A DNA stretch of 64,000 nucleotides from Ramazzottius varieornatus. Lineage: Eukaryota > Animalia > Tardigrada. This document shows positions 10,973 to 22,427 of the stretch, one piece after another. The stretch covers positions 4,331,610 to 4,395,609 of the forward strand of contig BDGG01000003.1 of the NCBI GenBank assembly GCA_001949185.1, written 5' to 3'. The translations under genes were made by a program, and so were the position numbers. Every line of letters starts with the position of its first letter. The first letter of the stretch is position 1. Under the pieces are notes generated by a model that saw only the letters and a list, made by a program, of their open reading frames with translations, was not told where the DNA came from and did no database searches.

Positions 10973-13812
10973 TTACTGCTCATGAGAAAAAGAATGTTCC
11001 ATCATTCTTGGTCTTTCCTGGGGGATAGATTTGAGTTCCGGATCAAGACGCACGAGCTCTTTAGCCTGTCGAATGAGGTTTTCGAAGAACTCTTTCTTGT
11101 CGACATGCTCCTTCGCGCCCTAAGACAACAACATACCGTCTGACTAAGCATTCTTGTACGAAAACCCAAAGGGACGTACCTTTTCGAACCACCAGATGGC
11201 ATCGCCGACTCGTCTTCGGAACACCAAGAACTCTCCATAGATCCAACAGACGTCAGAGTTGTGCGGGTTGATGTCTGCAGCTCTCTTGAAATGGTGCTCG
11301 GCTTTGTCCGCTTCACCCGCCGAAAAGTACAACTTGCCCAGGTTGACATGCGCAACCAGGAAGTAGGGGTCGCGCTCCACGGCTTCCAGAGTCACCGCAA
11401 TGGCGTTCTTGATGTCTGCTCGAGAGGCGTAGTTTTCCCCAAGACGGTTGGTGATTTCCGTGTTTGTGGGATACTTCTCGTGAAGCTCTGTCCAAATCTT
11501 GAAGGCTTTCTCGAGCTTAGTTTTCGAGTCGAGGATCTTGCTATCCTCGATCGCATTATCTACAACAATAGTTCCTTTAATTTATACCAAATTGGATCTC
11601 GGCAAACCAACTTACCTGGGTTGTTTCCCCAAGTGGCGCACTCTTTCAGGCTAGTAGTCTGAAAGCGCGCGCCACTTGGAAACATAATTTTTTTCAGAAT
11701 TATTTGCCTCGGTCTAGAAAAGTCCTTTTTGTACTAGGATATTCAAGAACACTTCTCTCGGAAGTTAGAGCTTACTTTCATAAGTGAGGTTCTCCATGTG
11801 GAGAGCTCCGATGTTCTTCTGGATGCCGATTGCGATGGTGTCGCCGAGATTTATGGTTCCATGATACCACGATTCAGGCTGCAAAAATACAATGGACACG
11901 TTTTACGATGTACCATAACGTAATTGAGGTCATCGAATTTTCATTTGCGAATGACTTGCCAAGTAGACTATATCGCCAGGTCCTTGCATGCATTCCATGG
12001 GCATTTCTTTCTTCGAGAGCTCGGGGTAGATTCGATGGAACCACTCCATGGTGTTGAGCCCTGGCCAAACTCCGCCGGGTGGCGTGTGTGTCGGTGGGTA
12101 GATGAACCAGCGTTTCCATCCAAAGACCACCCCGTTCCATGCATCGGCATGCTTGTGGAAGGATACGCCGGACATCGACGCACCCAGGAAGAAAATGTTC
12201 TCGTCGTGCACGGGCTAAGAAGAAAAACAATGTTGATGTGAGAAAGAGACAGTATTCGTACATTACACACAGACAACAATCTCGACAAGATCGTATATCC
12301 AAATGGCGTACGGTCACAGCCAGTACTGCTGGAAGAGTGCGCCAAGTAAGGAAAACAATCTGGTGAAGCTAGTTTACCGAGCTCACCCGTATGAAAATGC
12401 ATCTCTTTTCGAACTAGTAGTTTTCTTACGTGGATAGCGAGGTAAGGTGGCGGGTGCATGCTTCTCGGAAGTTCCGACTGGTTGTAGAATGTGCGGTCAA
12501 ACATGTAACTGCAAAGCAGAGATAGTTATGTTCCTATTGCTTTATAACACCTCCTTCGAAATGCATAGAACCTCTTTGAAGTTCTCGATTCACCACGGAA
12601 CTTCGCAGTTAAGCAATAAACACAGATGTAAGTTTTGGCTTCGACTTACAAAGGTTCGCGGTGCTCGTCTCGTTGTTCCATGATGCTCATGATGTAGTCC
12701 TCGAAGCTGCTTTTGTAGTGACCATTTCCGCCGTGACGGACAATGTCCACACCTTTTCCGGAACCGACTTCCCATTTTCCATAGGTCCTACAAAAGAAAA
12801 AGCACGGTTGCGCATTGTTTTCGATTTATGAAATGACTGTTACTTTCGCGCTGCAAACTCGGTAACAGTCCCTCAGGGCTTCATTGCATAACAGCAACGT
12901 GCTTCGAACCTTCAACGTATTTTTGTTCACAAAGGCATTTGAACTTGTTTGTTTACAAAGGCGTTAAGAAAGCGCAGCAATTACGGACCCAACCCGGATG
13001 TACATTACCATGGGAAAAATCCAAAGGAACATGAAGGGACTTACTTGAGCAGATAAGGTAATGTCCAAAGCTCGGCTTTCGTCCAGTCATCTGCTCCATT
13101 GGGAAAATGGATCAGCAGTGGTTTCTTGAATCGGTACTCTTTCTCGAAATATTCTGGTGTTAGGTTCTCAGCGGAAATTTCATCGAGATCACAGCCTTTG
13201 ATGCCATGAGAGTCCCAGTCCGCCTTGCTGGCTGTTCTCCATCCACCATTCTCGTTCGAGATATCTTCCGCTCTTCTCACTGGCACAATCTTTTTCGAAG
13301 GAACGTGTCTTGAGTAGGGCGTTACAAGAGGAGGTATATTGCCGTAGGCCTTGGCGTGACCAGGTGCATACGGACCCTGTAACGCAAAAGAAGAAACATC
13401 GAGCGTCGGCCAATGAATGACATATGATCGAGATCTCACTAGCGCACATTTTCATTGTCATAAGCTGAACGCACGCGCCACTTCAGATGACGATCTTGAG
13501 CATATTGCTAATGACAATGGGATGCGGAAGTACAATCAACAATCAAACGAGATTTACATGATTTGGAACAGGTGGTTTGTACGCCTTATTCGGTCCTCTC
13601 CGATATTCCGGAGCAGCTTTCAGGTCCCTGGACTGCAGACCGTAGTAAACCGCAGCGGAAACAGCTAAAGTGGCGAAGAGGAATTGCCAGCTGGAAACAC
13701 TTGACAGGGAGGATTCGTAGAAGGGCTTTGAGTTGGAGCTGTTCAGGACGGTGTCCACGTTCCTCTTGACATCGTTCACCGCCGGTGTTCTGTCCTTCTT
13801 GGAGGAGCCCAT
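10973..13812 (-). CDS. JMJD8-like JmjC protein with an N-terminal hydrophobic anchor and C-terminal TPR repeats
   Basis: 'LGASMSGVSFHKH...GWKRWFIYPP...ECMQGPGDIVYL|PESWYHGTINL' matches the JMJD8 JmjC domain (HxH...H). It is spliced to the TPR exon 11559-11180 ('AHVNLGKLYFSAGEADKAEHHFKRAADINP'). Stop at 10973-10975. Confidence 0.85.
11599..11710. repeat. Palindromic element (core 11631), JMJD8-like intron
   Basis: AAGTGGCGCA-27-CGCGCCACTT. Confidence 0.9.
12270..12380. repeat. Palindromic element (core 12301), JMJD8-like intron
   Basis: CGACAAGATCG arm; AAATGGCGTA...TGCGCCAAGT. Confidence 0.8.
13405..13512. repeat. Palindromic element (core 13437), JMJD8-like intron
   Basis: CACTAGCGCA...CGCGCCACTT; ACGATCTTG arm. 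Confidence 0.8.
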
Positions 13813-14309
13813 TTCCGGTTCCAGGAGCGGAGGCTTGGTCGCAATCTACAACAAGAAAAAGTTTTTGCTAGTATTTCACCAGTAAAGGTTTAGCGTTTCT
13901 GCTTGGGGAAATTCGACTGACCACTTTCAGTGACTTGCCGCTTCAAGTGACTGATCAACAGTAACAGCTGGTTCTGCTTCTGTGGAAAGTCTTCTCAGCT
14001 TCTGCTTCATTCGTTCGGCTCACAGATATGACCGTATGTACAGCCGGTTCTGCAAATCGCGTTTCTCGATACAGCGAGCACGTTAGAAGGTCAGTGACTG
14101 GATAGAATGACTGCGTTCTCGACTCGATTGTTACGCAAGGCTAATCGAGCTCCTTCACCTGCACACCATAAAGACTTCTCAAATTAGTGTCTTGAATGTT
14201 TACGCACTGAAAAATGAGTCCGCCGCAGCGTCAAAAACTCAGCATGACGGGTCTTCAGAATATCTGCGCAGGAAACCGCGAGTGAAATGGCTGAAACAAC
14301 ATTCAGGAC

Positions 14310-14478
14310 GCCGGCAATGACTTGGACAAGATCGTTTTCCAAAGTGGCGCACACCGCCTGCTGATAAAAATAATGCCGTGGTTGCGAATGTGGAACCTAG
14401 GCAATCAAATTTGAAGTGGCGCACGTTTTCAACCCGTGCGCCACTTGAGATAACGATCATCTGCGGTTCTTCTTGACG
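14310..14478. repeat. Palindromic element, damaged dimer (cores 14342, 14414), intergenic
   Basis: Period 72; the second unit has a shortened 13-nt spacer. Confidence 0.8.
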
Positions 14479-14682
14479 GCCTCCCATTTCGACTCGATGA
14501 AGACACAGTTTTCGAGATCTTAAGAAACGTTAATTTACAAGTAACATGGGAAAACAGCTAGTCAGTTGTACATGAAGGCGAGATCAATGAAATCAACATT
14601 CGGTTTTCATGAAAGCTGAAGGATAAAAACAAGCAAAAGGTTTAATCTGGAGGACGCAAAACGAAAATGCATACCGAAGTGA

Positions 14683-16625
14683 TCATTCAGCATCGGGATG
14701 GTCAAGGTCGATCGCCATTATTTCCGAACTGATCTTGCTCAGCTGCTCTTGGTACTGCTTGTTCGTCGCTGCTAGTTCGTCCATCTTCGTCTTCAGCTGG
14801 AGTAATTCTTGGTGATGCTGAGACTGAAGTTCTTGCTGGCGAACCTTCACTTTCGCCAGGTACTTATCGGCTTCTTTTAGTCTCTTCTTATAGCCTTCCA
14901 TCTCATCAGCTACTGCGTCGAGCTTACTCTCCACCGCCTTCCTTTCCTGTTGCTTCTTCTGTTCAAACTCTTGTTGAAATTCATCCATCTTCTCATAAGC
15001 TCGATCTTTTTCTTTAACCAACTTCTCCATATCTTTCTGGTACTTCCCAGTCCGCCACGTCTTTTCTTCGAGCTCGGACTTTACGTCCCTCAGTTCCCTC
15101 ACGAGTCCAGCCCGCGCAGCTTCAGTAGCTTCCAACTCCTGCTTCAGTTCACGTTCTCGAAGTGCCTGTTTCGAGTCAGTTCCGTTGGTCAACTGCGCAG
15201 AGGAAATCTGTCTTATTTCTTCGTTCTTTTCTGCCAAAATTCGGTTCATTTCCTGGTCTTTTTCGTTTAGTTTACTATTTAACTTCTCAATTTCGTTCTC
15301 TTTATTCCTGTTTCTCGAAAGTTCAGACTCCAAATCCATGATCTTCCGAAGAAGTGCTCGTTCGGTAGATGGTTGTATTTCCCGGGCGCTCTTCTGCTCA
15401 TTCAACAGTTCTTCGTTCTCTTTCTGGAGTCTCGTTACCCGCTGCAATGCTTGTGCGAGCTTGGCATTGACTATCTGACTCTGGGCTGCTTCCTTCTGAC
15501 GACCACTTCTCGCTTCGTCGGACCGACTTGCGAGTTCTTCCAGGTCCCGCTGGAGCGCGACGATCTGGACATCTTTTGCATGGAGGGACTGCTCCATCTT
15601 GGCGATCTTGGAGGTAAAGTCCTGTTCTTGGTTCGCTTTGATAAAGTCCAGTTCTTTATATGCTTCCATTACCTTCTTCAGGTGGACGATCAACGTCTCG
15701 TTCACTTCTTGTAGTTTCTGCATGTTCTCCATTAGTCGAGCATTACCTAAGAAAACAAACACAGCATGAAAGCTCTGCGCCTCTTCTATACGTATGTTAA
15801 TACTGATTCGCCGTAATCGTTGACTTGATAGTAATATAATTATAACGAACCGCTAACACTGGACTTGCTATCTGGGCGTTTTCTTTCCACGCTATGATCT
15901 TCCTGTTTTCTTCCCGGAAACGCTCGAGCTCCAATAGTCCGAACGGAACTTTTCGCACTGGGCGGTCTTGACCGAAAGGATTCGCTTTCCTCGGTAACAT
16001 CGGAAAGTGCGCCGGTTGTCGCCGACTGTGCCGAAGAGATACGACTACCACGAACCAATGGACGAGTATAACCGTTAGACACACTCGAATTCTTTCTTGT
16101 AAAGTTATCCAGACGACCAACGGAGGTCTCCCCTCTAGAAGTATTCTCCACATGGTCAAACCTATCCAAACCCAGCTGCGAACTAAGTTGTTCGACCTGC
16201 GTGGCTAACGTCTGCGCACTCTTCCGGAATCCGTTAATCACCGGCGTGTTCACAACCGACGATTTGGACGGGATATGCCTTCGACCATCGATCGCTCGAC
16301 TGTCGCTCGGTGATGATCCACTCCGTGGTCGACTGACAGCGATGGACTTCCTTATGTGAAGTGTTTGCGGCAACTCTGTTCGGACTCCTTCCAGAACAAA
16401 TTCCGAACTAACTGCTGTTCTTGAGGTTGGGTCACCGGTCGATCCGCTGTACTCTCCGCGGATACGATTCGCTCTGTCTTCTGTACAGACAGAAAGGATA
16501 TCAACTTACGACAATGACGACACATCCTGATAGGTACCTTTGTACTTTACATATGCCCGGATCATCTCCAGAGACGAAGCATCCTGGACGTGGTGGCTGA
16601 GAGATCCAGAGCCTGGCTTCGCCAT
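14683..16625 (-). CDS. Coiled-coil protein with a Ser/Arg-rich N-terminal half, unknown family
   Basis: 359-aa E/K/Q-rich heptad ORF (14683-15762) preceded by a Ser-rich ORF (15840-16373) and a putative first exon from ATG 16625. The start is uncertain. Confidence 0.65.
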
Positions 16626-17047
16626 CTTCGATCGCTCCGTCGACGGCACTCCGCTTACAGCAGCGAGGGGCAGATCAGACGAACAAGCGCTGGAAATGGC
16701 CAGAATGGTTCTTGGACGCTTTCTAGAGTCTGGAAGAACTTCCGGACGACTGCATAAACGGAAGACCGGACTAACGGAGAACGATTTTCACTCCCGGTCC
16801 GTCAATTTTATGGAGCGTCAATATGCAGATTGCGTAAAGACGTCATGTAACAGCAGGCAGTGTGGCTCAATATCGCAATGTCTATGTTGCCGAAATGTTC
16901 CGGTTTCTAGCACTGGCAAAAATACGATAAAATTCGATACGATATTTTCACCTGTGTGATTGTGTCCTTGTACGAAGCCGAGAGGCGAAATCCGGAGTAC
17001 AGTCCTGTTGCGGTACCACCAGAGAGTTCGACTGGACGGTCGGCAGG

Positions 17048-20000
17048 ATGTTAGGACAGTACGAACCGTTCATCTACTTCGACAAGTTCTCCATCATCTC
17101 TAACAGCAACGTGATTCCCTCCTTGGCGGACTTTGGAGTTAGCAGAAAGCTGATACAGAAATGCGCCAATGGAACCGACCCTACGCGTAATCTGTGGTTT
17201 ACTAGCATATTTGACTGCTTACAGATACCTTACCTTCTTGTATGTTGCAGTTCCGTCCGTCTCGAAGCTGATCGATTTGACTCTTCGCCAAAACTTGGAC
17301 AACCCTCAAGAAGTGTACCAGCGTCTTCCAAGATGCTCCCGCGTTGACGTGGACGAACGGTTGTTCCTGACGACAAGGCGAGTGCGAGCAGCCAAGACGG
17401 TGACGCTGATGTTAGCCAGCGCGATCAAGTGGGATTTGGAAAAGCTAGAGAGCGAGATGGCCATCACCATGCAGTTCTGCCTCGTCCAAGACTTCATGAA
17501 CAAGACCTTCTCCACCACGAAATACTGCAGCTCTGTCTCCGATCCACAAAACATCAGCGAGCGTTTTCTCTCCAGTTTCACTTACGAAATACTGAATAAC
17601 CTCCAAGACGAGTGCGTCTTTGGGTTGTCCGTCTACGCTAGGTGGATACTCCGCGCTCATATTCAGCGAAAGCTCCCGAAGAAATCCACGAAAGGACCTC
17701 CAATACATAACATTGGAAGTGTGACAGACCCTGACGTGCTGCAGGGACTTGACCAGCAGCAACATGGGTCGTCTCTCATTTGGGCGCTTTTCAGGCAGAT
17801 CAGTCGGGATAAAGTGGCGCAGACAGCGATAACACTGCTGAATGACATCGAGAAGTTGGACCGTAAAGAAATGATGGTGCCGACAGCCGACTGCTTTGTC
17901 ATCACTTCAAACGAAACAGTCTCGCCGAATGAACATAGAAACACGTGGGAGGTTGTCGAAGATGATTGGTCGAAGGGAGTCATTGTGGACTTTCTGGAAT
18001 ATCGGACCCAGGTTGGTTAAACTCGACTTTCGGTTGCGCGTATGGAACCTGAGCAGACAAATCTGACGTGGCGCGCGTTTTCAGTCTATAGCGCTGGACA
18101 CTTGGCATACGAACAAACTCGACCATGTGACGCACGCTTTTAGCTAATAACACCGGAAATGTGCGCCACTTGGGAAACAATTCTTGTCGAGTTTCTTTGC
18201 CGAGCTCCGACATTTTGTTGATGTATGTTTCAATACTTCACCTTTTTCTGTTTCAGATTTTGTGTGACGTAGCAGGTTACTTTCTCTTCGAAGGGAAGAT
18301 CGCCGAAGCTGCCGACTATCTTCAGCGCGCCACGGTGTTACTCTCACAAAAGCCAGTTAGTTCTTTCCAGTACTGTAATCTGACCGTGGACGTGATCGAC
18401 AAGATGTGCCGTGTAGTCAATGTTCCTTCGCCCTTTCCCCCAGTTTCTTCTTCCCTTACGTTCGTGCCCGATTTGACGCCTTCGATGAAGTCCAAGCACA
18501 TCGAAGCCCTGTTGGAAGATCTACCTTCCGGAAAAATCTCCTCCACAGCTAGGTACACTCTCGAGAACGAAATTCAGTCCTCTTCTGACTCGAGCGAAAG
18601 AACCTTCCTAACCAAGGTTCGCTTCTGCAATCTTTTACGAGATTACGTCGCTGGTACTTCGTGTCCGTCTTTCATGGAACTAAGGAAGTTGCTGAACGAA
18701 GCAACCAGTGCCGAACTGGAATGGCTGAGAGGGATCCTAAATGGGTACAGAATCAGTAAAGAGCTGAAATTGACCGTCTGTGCGAAGCTGAAGTTCCTCG
18801 CAGACAGAGACTTGGTTTCGAACATTGCCAAGACAAAACTAGCAGACACTATAAATTTCACTCCGCCTCATAATAGTTCACAGACGCAGGAAGAACCAAC
18901 TGATGTGGAAATGACAGACGTGAAAGACATTAAGGAAGAAATTACACCAGCAGATAAAAACAGAGTTTTGGCCGCGCTGAATTCCGCAGTCTCATTCAGA
19001 CAGATTCATACAGCAGTCGAAGCTATTCCGAATATTTCTCCAACTGTGACACTGAAAGAAATGGAGTCGGAATATCTCAAGAATATCCCCCCAACTTTAG
19101 AGAGTTCGTACAACAAAGCTCTATGGAATCAGACAATGACGGACCTCGTTATAGTCTCCTTCGCGAAAGCGGCGAAGTTTGCTGAAAGTTTCCATTTCCG
19201 CGCAGCGCGGCAGATTTTGAAAGATATTCGCGCCCAGTGGCAGACCTTCCCGAAGTTGGACGCCAAGATCGAGAAGAAGTTGGAGAAGAACTGGAAGTGG
19301 CAGTCGTTGTATGCTGACTTGTGGGAAAGCCAACACCATCTCTCGTTGAGATCCTGTACGAAAGAAATGAAGGCGGAAGCCAATCGACGAGCCATGGTCT
19401 GCTCGAAAGCGCTGATGTTCAAAGCGCCCGACGACGAACCAGTTCCGTCTTATGTTTTGGATTTGGCGGTTTTGATCCTGTTCAACCTGGAGGAGTGGGA
19501 TTACATTAACGAACCCACCTTCGCATCCAACTTCGTAAGCTGAGGTCGAATCGGATGACAAAATCTCTGAACTGATAATACTACTTTGCAGAAGTAAAAA
19601 TTGCTTGTGTTCAATAAGCTTGGGAAAAATTATAAATCGAAGATGAAACTTCAACAAACAAACTTGACCAGATCGGCTTTCCAAGTGGCGTACGCGTTCA
19701 ACCAAGAACAGTGAGAATGTGCGCGACTTGAGGAAAACAATCTGCACAGTTCGTTTGCCACACTTCCAAACATGCTCAAGATTAGTTTTTTGTGGATCTA
19801 GATTAATTACAGAATTTCAAAGATAGATTCGGTAGTCACTTTTCATAATTTCAGGATCAGCGGAAGAAGATCGGTACGCTTCCGCTCGTTTTCCCCCTGT
19901 TGAAACAGCTCATCCAGGCTTGCAGAGAGTTCACATCCCAGCGCGAGGACCTGATCTCCATGTCGAAAGGCGAAAGACCTCGTCAGCCAAAGCTGAACTA

Positions 20001-21041
20001 CCAACACTGCCTGAAACTATGGAACATGATAGCGTCGGTGTTGTCGAAAGCAGATCCTCTCCCGCCATCGAAGAAACCCGGAAGCTCGACCTCCATCTTC
20101 TCCGTGGATGGGAAAGCCTTCTGGTCTGTCATGAGGCTGATTCAACATCGGAACGTGCTTTACTTGGTTCTGAGCTGTGTATGTCGCATGTGGTCTCTGA
20201 CCAACAAAGGCCCGACCACGTTGGCGATGTCGGCAGATCCGCTCTGGCCGAGCACACTTCCTTTGCAGTCACCAGTTAGCGCGGGTGATATAAAAGAGGC
20301 TGTCGAATCTGTGATGGAGATTTCGTATGCAGCTGGCGTAGACGATCCGGAAGCTTCCGTTGTGAAAGGTAAAAGACACACCACACTCTGAAAACTTGAA
20401 ATTGCAAGCTGAATTGGAGCTCAGCTTCCTTTGTTATTGACTGGAAGCGTGCGTCACTTGGAAAAGCGATCTTGCCGAGTTTGTTTGCCGGGCTTTCAAA
20501 TGGTAGAAATGTTAGGCGTGAGGATTCGAAAGTTTTCGAAAAGTTTTCGGTGTGTTTAGGTAACTTCTACTTCGCCAGTGGAAGGTACGAAGAAGCCATG
20601 AAGATGTTTCTCCTCAGTGTCGTGCCCGACAGTCTTCCGGGTTTCATCCATCCTCCCACGGGTCCTTCGCTGAGCCAAGCAGTACTCAGAAAGATGGCAA
20701 GTACGTTGGAAGCCATGAAGTGCTTCACCTATCTGGCTGTTCTGTGCCAGATGATGCAACCTGTAGATTATGAAACGGCATTCCGAGCTGTCAGCGAGAA
20801 GGTGACATACGATTCTGCGGATGCTGCCTATCAGTTCATCTGGGATCCCTTGATCCTCGAACACACAGCCTATGTTATGCAGAAAGCGGGGTTTTTGGAG
20901 AAGCGACAGGTCGTGTTGGATGTGTTACAAGATCCTTTACTGACGGGAGCGAACCCACCTGCAGTTGGCGAAAGAATAGCGGCCGAACGATCTGCAGAGT
21001 TCTTTGAAGTTTTGTTCACTCAATATGTACTGGGAAACTGA
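17048..21041 (+). CDS. INTS8: Integrator complex subunit 8; 5 exons
   Basis: N-terminal 'LMLASAIKWDLEKLE' and C-terminal 'LAVLCQMMQPVDYETAFRAV...YQFIWDPLILEHTAY...ANPP' match recalled INTS8 motifs. Confidence 0.9.
18050..18203. repeat. Palindromic element, degenerate dimer (cores 18066, 18125), INTS8 intron
   Basis: The right arm TGCGCCACTTGGGAAACAATTCTTGTCGAG is intact. Confidence 0.8.
19651..19760. repeat. Palindromic element (core 19683), INTS8 intron
   Basis: AAGTGGCGTA...TGCGCGACTT with arms. Confidence 0.85.
20385..20491. repeat. Palindromic element (left half degenerate), INTS8 intron
   Basis: Right arm TGCGTCACTTGGAAAAGCGATCTTGCCGAGTTTGTTTGCCG. Confidence 0.8.
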
Positions 21042-22427
21042 CACTGTGATCGTCTTTCTTCTCACTCTATCATTTTTGTAGAGTCCCTCTGCCTCTTGCT
21101 GGCAGTTTACTTATCCAGATGCACTGTCCGAAAATGAATTATTGCGAAGTTCGACGATCACGAGGAACTTGAGAGTTGAGGTCTCACTTTGTGACAGCTT
21201 TCGTAACATTCATACAAAGATGAGTCGCACACTGTTTTGAGTGTTTTCTAAACAATTAAAGGTTACCGCCGATAGAGACGGCTTGAGAAGGAACTTCAGC
21301 TTCCGAGTGCTACACCACCGAAGGTGGCACTGTTTCGCTTCCTGCTGGTTTCTCCTCTCGGCCGACGCGGTTACGGTCACCCAACACAGTGGCAGCTGTT
21401 ATCAGCTCGCTGTTCGTTCATCTCGTTCGCCCAAGGAAGTAAACAAAGCGTGGCCGATCGATAACCGGATGTAACTGGGTCGGGTTTTCGGTTCTGTGTC
21501 GCCACATCTTTGCACAGACTTTCAGGCTTTCTCGCACCAGGTGTTCTGCAAACCTCGAAGATCTCGATATCATGTGCCTGGTTCGGGCCAAGTCCTATAT
21601 CTTAGGAATTTGATGTCAATCTTCGCTGTCGTTCTTGATCCTTTGGAAGAATGTTGGCGGAAGACAACCCGAGCCGAACCATCCGGACGCTTGCACCTAA
21701 CCAAGCTTGCAAGTGAACCGAATGAACAATTGGCGAGCAGTGTCGGGCTGGAGTGCCCGAAATGGATCATAAACGGCTTGCTGGTGCAGGTTTGACTCAC
21801 CATTGCACGTGCCAGAATTTGGCAAACCGTTTGTTCTTACTTTTATGCACTCTTGCCCTTCCGCGCAGCATGGCTGGTTTAACCGTTTTAGGGCTGCACC
21901 GTGCAATTGAATGCGCAACCGTGATGTCACTCATGTCGGTGGTTGCCTTGGGCTTGATTTTTCTCGCGCGTACCGATCTATTCTTCGTCGTTTGGCTTCG
22001 TGGAAGAACCCTCTGGATCATGCAGATTCCGTAGTGCGGCTCCAAGAACCAAGGAAAATCTGCAGGACCAGCGGTTTGGCGGGCGGATGTGCGTTTGCTC
22101 TGTTGTACGTCATTACAGCTGATTCCCGATCTCACCTTACCAACCAAGACACTTTGAACGATCCGTTTGTGCAGAATACCGCTTTGGTAAGTCAACCTAA
22201 CTTCATGCTTGCTTCTGTATGGGTTTTAGAACCCAAAAGTGTCGTAGAAGTACGAGGAGCCTCGTTTTCGGGTTTACAGCCCGTTTGTTCTTGTTGATGA
22301 CGTTGATGCAATATTCGAAATAACTAGAGTGGGTCTCATGGCCAATCAAGTAATCAATCCAGCTTTGCCCGCTTTGCTTCTTTGTGTTTTGTTTGATTGG
22401 TTTAGCTTCACAGATTACCAACACAGA

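Noticed and set aside
17812-17821. AAGTGGCGCA inside an INTS8 exon
   Set aside because: Isolated half-site with no partner 27 nt downstream and no arms; explained by codons K-V-A-Q.
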